From Mobula hypostoma (lineage: Eukaryota), in contig NC_086109.1 of NCBI RefSeq assembly GCF_963921235.1, positions 13,518,001 to 13,582,000 of the forward strand: a stretch of 64,000 nucleotides of DNA. The letters are read 5' to 3'. The notes below the pieces were generated by a model. That model saw only the letters and a list, made by a program, of their open reading frames with translations. It was not told the DNA's origin and made no database searches. Position 1 is the first letter of the stretch; the number at the start of each line of letters is the position of its first letter. This document shows, one piece after another, positions 49,988 to 63,240 of the stretch. Made by a program: the position numbers and the translations under genes.

Positions 49988-51940
49988 TTTTAAACACTGT
50001 ATTTTCAAAAATTTTCAAAAAAAAACAATGGAATCAACAAGAACATACCAGCTCCGACATGTAAAAAAATGAAATAAGCAAAAAAAAAGAAAGAGACATA
50101 ACATTAGAGGGATGCCTATTGCACAAAGTGCTCAGAAATACTAAACATTACATCTCAAATGAAGGCCATGAGAAATCAGCTTGGGGGGAAATTGCTCATC
50201 CGCCCCCAGCCTCGTCCAGGTAGGCAAGAAATGGATCCCAGATAGCCGAAAATTTTTTAATTGAATTGGTTCTCAAGAACCTAAGTTTCTCCATCTGTAT
50301 GACTGAGATCATATCAGCCATCCATCTCCGAAAGGAATGGGGAGAGGGTGATTTCCATTCCATCAAGGTAAGTCTTTTGGCAACAATCATCCCCAGCATC
50401 AGAGACTGTTGTATGGCTGCAGGGAAACAAATAGTAGATTGCGAGCAGCCAAATATAGCGAGACCAGCTTCCAAGGGGAAGGATCTTTTATAGGCCTTTG
50501 AGTACCAGTCAAATATTTTAGACCAAAATCCAGTCAGTAATGGACAAAACCAAAAGGTATGTGACAACATGGCTTCCGTCCCTTGGCATCTATCACACAT
50601 TGGCGGGACAGAAGGGTAAATCCTGTGCAACCTAAGTTGAGAGTAATGGAGACAGTGGACAACTTTAAACTGGATCATTTGGTCCCTGCTGTTAACAGAG
50701 CAAGCCTGTATCATAGACAAACACTTATCCCAGGCAGTTTCAGATAATTCAATGCCCATCTCCTCTCTCCAGGTGTCTCTAATCTTCACAGTAGACGCTA
50801 CAGTGCAATTGTCAAACAAATGTACAAACTTAGAAATGAGACGCCTGGAGTCCGGAGGGTTCTTTAGTCATAGTCATACTTTATTGATCCCGAGGGAAAT
50901 TGGTTTTTGTTACATTTGCACCAACCAAGAATAGAGTATAAATATAGCAATATAGCAAAAAACACGTTTCCCCGGAAGGATTTCAAAATTACAAATCTTA
51001 GATTGAATGTAGTGTCTAATTTGTAAGTAACGAAAAAAATGCGAATGAGGCAGCTCAAATTTCTCTTTCAGCAGAATAAATGCTGCAAACCATCTCTCTA
51101 TGTACAGGTCTTCAATAGAAACTAGACCCTTCTCCCTCCAAGCATAGTAAGTTTTATCTGACCTTGAGGGTGGAAAGGAGTGATTGAAACAGATTGGTGT
51201 TTGTACAGAGGTTCTGGTAAATTCAGAACGCTCCTAATCTGATTTAAAATTCTGATGGAATTTTTCAAAACAAAACTCAAACTTTTTGAAGTCCCAGGCT
51301 TCTCTAACTTAGAGAACAGCATGGCTGGCAAGGAGGAATTGACAACTGAGTTGGACTCCATACATAGCCACAAGAGAGCCCCAGGGGCGGGGCTAGGTTA
51401 TCCGGAGCCCCCTGTTGCCAAAACATTAAAGCCCTAGCATTGACAGCCCAATAATAGTGTCTAAATACAGGTAATCCCAGCCCTCCTTCAGACTTGGGCT
51501 TTTGTAAATGAATATTCAAAATCCTGTGATTCTTATAACTCCAGATATAAGACAATATTATGGAGCCCAAATTCTTTAAGGAAAGCTGATGTAAGAAAAA
51601 TGGGGAGATTTTGACAAAGATAGAGAAGCCTAGGAAGGGAAACCATTTTAATTGAATTTATACGACTAATCATGGACAGAGGTAGGTTTTTCCAACTTTC
51701 TATATTCTGTTTAAGTTTTGAAATAAACTCCACGAAGTTTAATTTAAATATTAATTTAGGATCTTTGGGGATTGTCAAGCCAAGATAAGTAAAGTGATCT
51801 TTAACTACTTTGAATGGGACACTTTCCAAAAAACCCCACGTGTAGTCGTTGGAGAGGGGCAAAAAGGCACTTTTTGTCCAATTGATTGAGTATCCCGATA
51901 GGCTGCCAAAAGAGGTGATTAAATCTAGAAGAAGAGGGAC
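49988..51940 (-). mobile_element. L1/Tx1-like LINE 3' part
   Basis: FTYLGLTIP, SRINSIKMVSLPRLLYL, CDRC...HTFWFCP; 16-bp TSD TGAATATAATGTGTTT / TGAATATCATGCGTTT; short Rex1 tail inserted at about 50864-50960. Confidence 0.9.
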
Positions 51941-52504
51941 TGAATATCATGCGTTTAATTGCACAATGGTGCTGATGCTTTGTAATAGTTCAACTAAGCT
52001 AAAAGGGTTCTATTGACAAGTTTCATTTGTACTCAATGTCTGAGGCTTCTTGTTTAAGTGTTCAACAATAATCAGCCAGCATTGATGAATTCCAGTTGCC
52101 CCAATACTGTTTCTCCATGACCACAATGTCCTAGTAAAACCTTTTAACATGCTCGTCACTGACAGCGCCAAGATTTGTAGGGAAGAAGTCTAAATGGAAA
52201 TGTAGAAGATCAGTCTTTAGTGACATATTGCACTTTGTGGTTTTATATGCTTGAACCGTGTTGTCAACCAGCTACATCGAGTTTGGTGCTCTGTAGTTAC
52301 CAAGAAAATTTTCAGAAACATCCTTGAATGCCTTGTATGTGATTTTCTTCAGTCGCACTAGATGTTCCTCGAATTACCTGACGTTTATGACCTGTTTGAT
52401 TTGTGGACCAACATAAATGACTTCATTAATCTTGGCATCGGTTATTCAGACTTGAATTATGAATTGAAATAACGAACATAGGTGATTTTTTAAAAGGTGC
52501 GTGA

Positions 52505-52945
52505 CAGAGGATATAGAATGCCTTAGACAGATTAGGAGAATGGGCAAAGAAATGGCAGATGGAATATGGTCTTGGGAAGTATGTGGTCATGCACATTGGT
52601 AGAAGAAATGAAAAGGTTGGCTATTTTCTAAATGGAGAGAAAATACAAAAAACTGAGGTGCAAGGAGACTTGGGAGTCCTTTGTGCAGGATTCCCTAAAG
52701 GTTAATTTTCAGCTGAGTCTATGGTGAGAAAGGCGAATGCAATGTTAGCATTCATTTCAAGAGGACTAGAATATAAAAGCAAGGATACAATTTTGAAACT
52801 TTATAAAACACTGGTGAGGGCTCACTGGGAGTATTGTGAGCAGGATTTTGGGGCTGAGAGGAAAATTGAATCAGCCGTGATGAAATGGCAGAGCAGACTC
52901 AAGGGTCAAATGGCCCAATTCTGCTCCTATATCTTATGGTCTACG
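52505..52945 (+). mobile_element. Internally deleted CR1 fragment
   Basis: VRKANAMLAFISRGLEYK joined directly to the CR1 tail. Confidence 0.8.
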
Positions 52946-55326
52946 GTGATAGGAAATTTCATTGTGATTTTCATGATCAGCAACCAAAAATCCATACGAT
53001 ATACACAAAAGTATTCAGGCAGCAAAATATTTGTTGTCCAGTATTATTAAAATAAAAGATATTGGATTCAATGTGCCTCAGCGCAATGGAGAGGCTGCAT
53101 TCCTAGAAAAACATTGGTATCCCAATACTCCAAAACATAAATTCTTAACAAAAACGGGTATTTTTCCCATTTGCTTTCCTCTTTGTGTTGCTCTCACGTC
53201 CTTCAGTCTGACTCATCCATGCTGACTGAGGTGCCCACCCGAGGTTGTTCCGTTTGGTCCGTTATGTCTCTGAGCCTTAATGCATAGTGCTTCCCAATGG
53301 GTCCCGTCCAGAACTTTAGTAATTAGTATACGGTGAGCTTGGAATTGCAAAATGTGTGGTGACACTTGTGGGCTGCCACAAAACATCCGTATGTGTGTTG
53401 GTTGTTAATGCAAACACTGTGTTTCAATGTATAGGTGATGACTGCCTCAGAATCTGACAACAAGGTTAGAGAGTTGGGTGAAGCTGGTGCTCCACTTGGC
53501 TGGAGATGGGAAGAGCAACACGACTGTTCACATTTTGTATGCATTTCTGGTCACACCCACTGCAGGAAGGTCACGGAGTCCCTGGAGACAGTGCAGAAAT
53601 GGCTCACCAGGATACTGCGTAGGTTAAAGGGCACGAGCCATAACAAAGGTTTGGACAATGCAATATTGCCTTCCATAGAAGTCAAAGGCTGAGGAGAGAC
53701 CCGACACAAGTTCATAATGTTATGAAAGGCATTGATCAGATAGACAACTGCTAAAACTTCCCCAGGGTAGGCATGTCAGTTATCAGAGGAGTGAATTTTT
53801 TTTAAACTCTGTACCTCATATTTTTAGTGATGGTTTGTAAATCCAGCGAAGGCATATTTCCATTACAAGGCGGCTAAGGGGAGGAATAAATGGTGGCTGC
53901 CAGTGACTAGGGGTAGACTTTAGATTTTAAAGATCTTCAGAAACATTCTCCATCAGGAGTTCCGGAGCATGAGGGATGGTATAGCCTACTGGTGCCTCAT
54001 TTCTTATGTGAAGTACTGTTACCTTTGTTTGAGTTAATTTATTTTTTCCAGCTTCTCAAGCATGCCAAATGTTTTTCAAAGGCTAAAGGCCAAAGTATTA
54101 CATGTCTATTTACAGGATTCTGTAATATTATTTACAGCGCAGTGTAAATCCTTAAAATGCAGTACTGAGCCTAAGGAGCTTTAACATTTCAATATACTCT
54201 TGCTGCAAGATACCACAGTGCACTATTACTGTAATGAGTGCATTGCTGCTGTATTCTTCTTGTACCTGGTGTCCTCTTACTGTACAGTGTTCCTGGAGAG
54301 GTTCCAGAGGTTATCCAGTGTCTTTTAAGTGCAGAGCATTGCAATTAATTATATAAGCCTTTGAAACATCACATGCTAAAATTAACCTGCAAGCTGATAA
54401 TATCTGAGATTTACGGTATATAACTGTATCTGTTATCGTGCACAAATAGTATATAAAACACAACCCTGCTCTCAATTGCTCTGACAAGTTTAAACTCGAT
54501 AAGAGATTACAGGATCATTTCTGCCTGAACCACAGGCAGGAGTGACAGTGAGGTTGGTGAAAGAATTCAGATCCTCAGGTATGTCGATTGTTAACACAAA
54601 CGAAGCTTTTCACTCTGTGTTTTGATGTAAACCTCACAGATAAACCTGAATCTTAAATCCTAATCTCGACTAAAATGGATGACTCATCAAAGGAAGAGGA
54701 TTATAAACTAATCACTTTCAATGCAGCTAGTCACCTAGCAAAATGCAAACACCTGTGAAAACTAATCATTTAAACTTTGGTATTTCAAAGTCAAAACTCA
54801 AATTTACTATCAAAGTACCAGTAGATTAATAGATCCTACCCTGACATTCATTTCCTCACAGGCATTCATAATGGATACAAGGAAATACAATAGAACCAGT
54901 GAAAAACTACACACAAAGAGAGACAAACAACCAATGTGCAAAAGACAAACTGCAAATTAAAAAAAAGGAATATTGAGAACACGAGTTGCTTGTTAAACCA
55001 AGCTGGAAACAGGCAAGTTTCAGGAAAATTTCAATGTGAAAATAATAATAAACTCCTGATTGAGGAAAGATGTGGTGAATCATGGGGTTCTCCTGTACAG
55101 AGGAGCACTGAAAGCTCTGAAATCCTCCGGCAACTTCATGGTGGTAACAGGATGTGTTCCTATTTTATTTATTTTCCAGAACATGGGCATCTCTGGCAAG
55201 GCCGGCATTTATTGGCTATCCCTAAACACCGCTGACAGGGTGGTGGGTGAGCTGTCACTCCGGACCACTGCTGGTCCTTCTGATGAAAGCTGTCCACTGC
55301 TGTTTAGAGAGACTACCTGGACTTTA

Positions 55327-58250
55327 AACATAGAACATCGAAAATTACAGCATGGTGCATGACCTTTGGCCCACAAATTTGTATCAACTTTTTAACCCAA
55401 GATCAATCAAACCTTTCCCTCCAGCATAGTCCTCCATTTTTTATCACTCATGTATCTATCAAAGATTTTCTTAAATGCCCCTAATCAATGTTCCCTCTAA
55501 GCATTAGAGTCTAAGGTGCATGCCTGTGCGCACACACAGCTTTTGCTACTAGCGCACAAAGGAATTTAAACTGCACTACCTCATTGAAGTGTTAAGTACA
55601 TTTCACGATCGTACACAATCACATTTCCTTTTCGGGTTTCTGAAGTGGACAGTGTTGACAACGTGGAGCTACAATGATTTCTCTGCAGATTTTAGAACTG
55701 GCTTATTTACACTGATTTCCTTGAAGAAATTATTGATACACTATGTTGAATTCCCAAGAAGCAAAGGGTGTGAGGTGCAAAAGAACTACTAGTTCATTTA
55801 AAGCAGAAATGCTTAATTAAACAGTAGAAACTGCTGCACTGTAAGCTCATGAGGTCAGGAACATGCAGCTATGAGAAATATTTCTGCACAGTACAGAAAC
55901 TGGTGTTACCTGCATGGATTGTCGTGATGCAAAAGTTCAAACGATCGAACCCAGAGGAGATGAAAGATTTATTGACATTATAGTCAATGTTTCAGGCCAA
56001 GACCCTTCAGCAGGACTGGAGAAAAAAAGATGACGGGGAGGGGAGAGAGAAACACAAGGTGATATGTGAAACCTGGACGGTGGGGGGAGGTGTGTAAAGA
56101 AAAGAACTGGGAGGTTGATTGGTGAGAAAGTTGCAGGGCCGGAGAAGAGGTAATCTAATAGGAGAGATCAAGGAAGAATGAAAAGTGGTGAGGAGCACCA
56201 GAGGGAGGTGATGGGCAGGCAAGGTGAGAGAGGAAAAAGGAGATGGGGAACGGTGAAGTGGGGGGGGGGGTGGTGCAGAGGGCCATTACTGGAAGTTGGA
56301 GAAATTGATGTTCATGCCAGGTTGGAGGCTACCCAGACAGGATATAATGTGTTGCTCCTTCAAGCAACACGTTATCTTCCGTCTGTGTAGACTCCAACCT
56401 GATGGCATGAACAGCAATTTCTTGAACTTCCAGTAATGGCCCTCCCCCTCCCCTTCATCATTCCCCATCCCCTTTTACCTCTTTCACTTTATCTCCTTGC
56501 CTGCCCATCACCTCCCTCTGGTGCTCCTCTCCCCTTTACATTCTTCCGTCCTCTCCTATTAGATTACTGCCTCTCCAAGTGGGATCTGACCAGGGTCCTA
56601 TATAGCTGCAGCACCACCTCTCGGCTCCTAAACTCAATCCCACAATTGATGAAGGCCAATGCACCGTATGCCTTCTTAACCACAGAGTCAACCTGCGCAG
56701 CAGCCTTGAGTGTCCTATGGACTCGGACCCCAAGATCCCTCTGATCCTCCACACTGCCAAGAGTCTTAACATTAATGCTATACTCTGCCATCATATTTGA
56801 CCGACCAAAATGAACCACCTCACACTTGTTTGGGTTGAACTGCATCTGCCACTTCTCAGCCCAGTTTTGCATCCTATCAATGTGCCGCTGTAACCTCTGA
56901 CAGCCTTCCACACTGCCCACAACACCCCCAACCTTTGTGTCATCAGCAAATTTACTAACCCATCGCTCCACTTCTTCTTCCAGCTCATTTATAAAAATGA
57001 CAAAGAGTAGGGATCCCAGAACAGATCCCCAAGGCACACCACTGGTGACCGACCTCCATGCAGAATATGACCCATCTACAATCACCCTTTGCTTTCTGTA
57101 GGCAAGCCAGTTCTGGATCCACAAAGCAATTTCCCCTCCTTACTTTCTCAATAAGCCTTGCATTGGGTACCCTGTCGAATGCCTTTCTGAAATCCATATA
57201 CACTACATCTATGGCTCTACCTTCATCAATGTGTTTAGTCACATCCTCAGAAAAATTCAATCAGGCTAGTAAGGCATGACCTGCCTTTCACAAAGCCATC
57301 CTGACTATTCCTAATCATATTATGCCTCTCCAAATGTTCACAAATCCTGCCACTCAGGATCTTCTCCATCAACTTACCAACCAATGAAGTAAGCTCACTG
57401 GTCTATAATTTCCTGGGCTATCTCTACTCCCTTTCTTGAATAATGGAACAACATCCGCAATTCTCCAATCCTCTGGAAGGTCTCCCATCCCCATTGATGA
57501 TGCAAAGATCATTGCCAGAGGCTCAGCAATCTGCTCCCTCGCCTCCCACAGTAGCCTGGGGTACATCTTGTCCAGTCCCAGTGACTTATCCAACTTGATG
57601 CTTTCCAAAACCTCCTGCACATCCTCTTTCTTAATATCTACATGCTCAAACTTTTCAGTCCACTGTAAGTCATCCCTACAATCACCAAGATCCTTTGTTG
57701 TTGGTGTCACTGGGCAGAAAATTACACAGCACAAGATTTTTGCGCACAAATGTCTTTACAAATTAGGGAGAACATTGTCCATAATTGTATCTGCCTCTAC
57801 CAGCATCCCTGACAGAGTGTTCCAGACACCCATCACTCTCTGTGTAAAGAATTTAACTCATATATATTCCTCTAAATCACTTTAAAATTATGCACCCTCG
57901 TATGTCACATTGCCCTGGGGAAAAGGTCTCTGGCTGTCAGCTTAATTTATGCCTCTTAATCTTGTACATCTCTCTCAAGTCACTTCTCGTCCTTCTTTGC
58001 TCCTAAGAGAAGAGTCCTACCTCATTCACCTGTCATAAGACATGCCCTCTAACTCAGGCAGCATCCTGGCAAATCTCCTTGGCATCCTCTCTAAAGCTCC
58101 CAATTCCTTCCTATAATGAGGCAACCAAAACTGTAAATAACATTCCAAGTGTGGTCTAACCAGGGTTTTATAGAGCTGTAACATTATCTTGTCGCTCTTG
58201 AACTCACTCCCCCAAACTATGAAGGCCAGCACACCATATGCCTTCTTGGC
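55327..58250 (-). mobile_element. CR1 3' fragment hosting a hAT element
   Basis: Tail at 55327-55485; sequence resumes at 57786; LQLYKTLVRPHLEC in ORF 58026..58232. Confidence 0.75.
55486..57777. mobile_element. Non-autonomous hAT-like DNA transposon with nested Penelope (about 55980-56555) and CR1 RT fragment (about 56575-57695, minus)
   Basis: TIRs CAATGTTCCCTCTAA / CAATGTTCTCCCTAA; 8-bp flanks CCCCTAAT / TCCATAAT. Confidence 0.7.
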
Positions 58251-58319
58251 ATTTAGACCCAGTATTTGTGAGCAGTATTAATTCCGAGTAGGGATGGTGT
58301 GTGGACCTGAGGGCAATCT

Positions 58320-59340
58320 CAGAATTGGAATCATAAGAATACTAGTAATAAAAACTGAATTACAGTAAATATATATAAGTAAAGGCATCCATTAGTCTTG
58401 CGAGACCATGGATCTGCGCCTGGAAAGTCTATATGTAATAGATTAATAAATAGAGCAAAAGAAGTCGTGAGGTAGTGTTCTTGGGTTCAATGCCCTTTCA
58501 GAAATCAGATGGCAGACGGGAAGAAGCTGTTCCTGAAACATTGAGTGTGTGCCTTTAAGCTTCTGTACCTCCTTCCTGATGGTAGCTGTGAGAAGAGAGC
58601 ACATCCTGAGTGATGGGAGTCCTTAATGATGGATGCCGCCTTTTTGAGGTATCGCTCCTTGAAGATGTCCTGGATGCTACAAAGAAGGCATGACAGCATT
58701 GATATGTTGGGCCCAGGATAGACCCTCAGAGATGTTGACATCTAGGAATCTGAAATTACTCACACTTTCCACTTCTGATCCCTCTGTGAGACTGGTGTGT
58801 GTTCCCTCATCTTACCCTTTCTGAAGTCCACAATCAGTTCTTTGGTCTTACTGACGTTGAGTGCTAGGTTGTTGCTGCGACACCACTGAGCTAACTGATA
58901 TATCTCGCCTTCTCAACATCATCTGAAATTCTGTCAATAGTTGTGTCATCAGCAAATTTATAAATGACATTTGAGCTATGCCTAGCCACACAGTCATGGG
59001 TGTAGAGAGGCTAGAGCAGTGGGCCAATGTTGACTTTCGGCAAGCCAGAGATGTTATTTCTAATCCACACAGACTTCTGGTGAGGAAGGTGAGGATCCAG
59101 TTGCAGTGGGAAGTACGAAGACCCAGGTTTTGGAGCTCTCCGATCAGAACTGCAGGAATGATTGTGTTAACACTGAGCTGTAGTCAATAAACAGCATCTT
59201 GTATTAGTATTATCTAGGTGATCCAAAGATGCATGAAGAGCCAATGAGATAGGATCCGCTGTAGACCTATTGTACTATAGGCAAATTGCAGTGGGTTCAG
59301 GTCCTTGCGGAGACAGGAGATGATTCTAGCCACGTCCTCA
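58320..59340 (-). mobile_element. Rex1/Babar-like LINE fragment
   Basis: LNPLQFAY and KAASIIKDSHH...FRNSFFPSAI on the minus strand. Confidence 0.8.
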
Positions 59341-59439
59341 ACGTAGACGTGAACGCTACTGGATGATAGTGGTGGTGCTCCTGTGCACTGACTACCTTTG
59401 TCCATTGTTTTGGTAAAAGTGGGTTTGGTACCTCCCTTA

Positions 59440-60075
59440 GACAAGAAAATCTGCAGATGCTGGAAATCCAAGCAACACACACAAAATCCTGGAGGAATTC
59501 AGCAGGCCAGGCAGCATCAATGGAAAAGAGTAAACAGTCAGCGTTTCGGGCCGAGACCCTTCATCAGGACTGGAAAGGAAGAAAAGTCAGAGTAAAAGGT
59601 GGAGGGAGGAGTGGAAGTAGTACAAGATGGTTGGTGATTGGCAAATCCAGGGATAGGGAGGGGGTGAAGAAAAGAGCTGGGAAGTTGATTGGTGAAACAG
59701 ATAAAGGGCTGGAAGAGGGGGAATCTAATAGGAGAGGACACAAGACCATGGAAGGAAGGGAAGAAGGAGGGGCACCAGAGGGATGTGATGGGCAGGTAAG
59801 GATGTAAGGTGACAGAGGAAAACAGGAATGGGGTATGATGAAAGGGGGGGGCGGTATTTACTGGAAGTTTGAGAAATCAATGTTCATGCAATCAAGTTGG
59901 AGACTACCCAGATGGAATACAAGGTGCTGCTCCTCCAACCTGAGTGTGGCCTCGACACAGCAGTAGAGGAGGCCATGTTGGAATGGGAATGCGAGGACAG
60001 TGCGTTGGTGCTCGGTGAAGTAGTCTCCCAATTTATGTCGGGACTCACCAGTATACAGGAGGCCACACTGGGCCT
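59440..60075 (-). mobile_element. Degraded Penelope 3' part
   Basis: Tail, mutated hammerhead (about 59535-59572), purine tract and remnant endonuclease codons. Confidence 0.8.
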
Positions 60076-60774
60076 GAAGTTAGACCAGATAAAGTTGTTC
60101 CTTTTCCTCATTTCAACGTAATGCTTGACTCTATTATCATGGAAGGTATGCAGAATGAGTTTTGAATGTTGCAAGGTGCATTTTTGCACAAGTATCTACT
60201 TCCACTGCTGACAGGTTTGAAGCATGTTGCAGAATGTGTGGAAGGACAACTGAGCACATTAGAAAGGAATGAAGCTCCAGTGTAACTATCCTGGCCAATT
60301 GTGGTCAGTTGTAGTAACAATAGCCACAAGACTGCTTGATCCCTTGGGCAGGAGAAGACACCACTGAATGAAGTAACACTTTACTCAACAAACTGCATCG
60401 TTTGGCTACTTTATAATATTTATATGAAGGAGAAAATGTGGCTGTTACCTGGCTGTGCTCACCTGAATACAGGCAAGGGAAGTCCAGAATATTTAATTAT
60501 TAACACTCAAGTGTTTTATGCCAACACAAAATAACTATAGTTTGAAAACATCACCAAAGACCTTTCAAAATATGATGGACAAGTACAGCGTGCATTTTTG
60601 TGAGCAGAATCAGAATTAGATTTGCTATTACAGACAGAGAGTCATAGGGTCATAGAAAAGTACAGCACAAAAACAGTCCCTTTGGCCCATCTAGTCTGAG
60701 CCGAGTCATTTAAGCTGTCTACTCTCATCGACATGCACTAGGACCATAGCCCTTCATACCCCCACCATCCACAA

Positions 60775-62245
60775 GACGATAAGACACAGGAGCAGGATTA
60801 GGCCATTCAGTTCATCGAGTCTGCTCCACCATTTCTTCACCGCTGATCCCAGATCCCACTCAACCCCATAGGCTTGCCTTCTCACCATACCTTTGATACC
60901 CTGACCGATCAGAAAACCATCAACTTCCACTTTAAATTTACCCCCAGACTTGGTCTCCACCGCAGTGTGTGGTAGAGCATTCCACAGATTCACTACTCTC
61001 TGACTAATAAAAAAAATCCTCCTTACCTCTATTCTAAAAAGTCACCCCTCAATTTTGAGGCTGTGCCCTATGGTTCTGGATACCCCCCCCCCAGAGGAAA
61101 AACCCTCTCAACGTTCAGTAGGTTTCAATGAGATCCCCCCACAACACTCCACCCCCCCGACATTCTTCTAAATTCCAGTGAGTACAGGCCAAAGCTGCCA
61201 AACACTCTTCATATGTTAACCCCTTCATTCCTGGTATCATTCTCGAGAACCTCATCTGGGCTCTCTCCGATGAGATATAGGGCCCAAAACTGTTGACAAT
61301 ACTCCAAGTGCGGCCTGACTAGTGTCTTATAAAGGCTCAGCATTATCCCTTTGCTTTTATATTCTATTCCCCTTGAAATAAATGCCAACATTGCATTTTC
61401 CTTCTTTACCACAGACTCAACTTGTAAATTAACCTTCTAGGAGTCTTGCACAAGTACTCCCAAGTCCCTCTGCACCTCTGATGTTTGAACCTTCTCCCCA
61501 TTTAGATAATAGTCTGCACTGTTGTACCTTTTTTCAAAATGCATTATCACACATTTCCCAACACTGTATTCCATCTGCCACATTTTTGCCCATTCTTCCA
61601 ATTTGTCCAAGCTCTGCTGTAATCACATTGCTTCCTCAGCACTAACCGCCCCCACCTATCTTTGTATCATCCACAATCTTTGCCACAAAGCCATCAATTC
61701 CATTTTCTAAGTCATTGATAAACAACGGGAAAAGTAGCGGTCCCAATACTGACCCCTGAGGAACACCAATAGTCACCAGCAGCCAACCAGAAAAGGCCCC
61801 TTTTATTCCCACTCACTGGCTCCTGCATGTCAGCCATTCCTTTATCCATGCCAGTAACTATCCTGTAACGCCACAGGATTTTACCTTCTTAAGCGGCCTC
61901 ATGTGTGGCACCTTATCAAATGCCTTCTGAAAAATCCAAGTAAATGACATGCTCTTCCTCTCTCTTGTCCACCCTGCTTGTTACTTCTTCGAAGAGCTAA
62001 CGGATTTGTCAGGCAAGATTTCCCTTGACAGAAACCATGCTGACTCTGACTTATTCTATCATCAGTCTCCAAGTACCTTGAAACCTCATCCTTAATAATA
62101 GACTCCAACACTTTCCCAACCACTGAGTTTAGGCTAACTAGCCAATCATTTCCTTTCTTTTGCCTTCCTCACTTCTTAAAGAGTGGAGTGATATCTGCAA
62201 TCTTCTGGTCCTCCAGAACCATGCCAGAATCAAGTGATCCTTGAA
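60775..62245 (-). mobile_element. Degraded CR1 RT fragment
   Basis: SQHGFCQGKSCLTN and LSLYKTLVRPHLEYC. Confidence 0.85.
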
Positions 62246-62552
62246 GATAGAGGGCTATGGGCAACCTTAGGTGATTTTGAAAGTAAGTACATGTTCGGCA
62301 CAGCGTTATGGGCCGAAGGGCCTGTATTGTGCTGTAGGTTTTCTATGTTTCTATGTTTCTAGATCATGACCGATGCATCCATTACCTCTTCACCACTAGT
62401 CACTGGTAGCCAACCAGAAAAAGGCTCCCTTTATTCCCATTCACTGCCTTCTGCCTGTCAGCTATTCTGATACCTTTCCATGCTGGTACATTTCCCATAA
62501 CACCATGGGGTTGCTAGGTGAGATTTATGACTAGGCTGTGGGTGTGGAGCCA

Positions 62553-63240
62553 CATAGAAACATAGAAACATAGAAAATAGGTGCAGGAGTAGGCCATTCG
62601 GCCCTTCAAGCCTGCACCGCCATTCAGTATGATCATGGCTGATCGTCCAACTCAGAACCCTGTACCTGCCTTCTCTCCGTACCCCTGATCCCTTTAGCCA
62701 CAAGGGCCATATCTAACTCCCTCTTAAATATAGCCAATGAACTGGCCTCAGCAGTTTCCTGTGGCAGAGAATTCCACAGATTCACCACTCTCTGTGTGAA
62801 GAAGTTTTTCCTCATCTTGGTCCAAAAAGGCTTCCCCTCTATCCTCAAACTGTGACCCCTCATTCTGGACTTCCCCAACATCGGGAACAATCTTCCTGCA
62901 TCTAGCCTGTCCAATCCCCTTAGGATCTTATACGTTTCAATCAGATCCCCCCTCAATCTTCTAAATTCCAACGAGTACAAGCCCAATTCATCCAGTCTTT
63001 CTTCATATGAAAGTCCTGCCATCCCAGGGATCAATCTGGTGAACCTTCTTTGTACTCCCTCTATGGCAAAGATGTCTTTCCTCAGATTAGGGGACCAAAA
63101 CTGCACACAATACTCCAGGTGTGGTCTCACCAAGGCCTTGTACAACTGCAGTAGTACCTCCCTGCTCCTGTACTCAAATCCTCTCGCTATAAATGCCAGC
63201 ATACCATTCGCCTTTTTCACCGCCTGCTGTACCTGCATGC
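62553..63240 (-). mobile_element. Young CR1 3' fragment, same family as 1805-3349
   Basis: ORF 62633..63244 nearly identical to the C-terminus of 1779..3248; (CATAGAAA)n tail. Confidence 0.95.

Larger units (their letters stand above)
49836..53043 (-). mobile_element. Deleted Chapaev-like (CMC) DNA transposon with nested L1/Tx1 and CR1
   Basis: TIRs CATTGGACAACAAAT / TACTGGACAACAAAT; minus-strand FLGNYRAPN...CNMSLK...HLDFFPTNLGAVSDEH...MLADYC at about 52050-52350. Family name is from recalled motif. Confidence 0.65.

Noticed and set aside
54207..54258. Hairpin containing GTGCATTGCTG, resembling miR-33b
   Set aside because: The match is on the wrong arm, the loop is only about 3 nt, the 3' half mismatches and there is no SREBF host gene.
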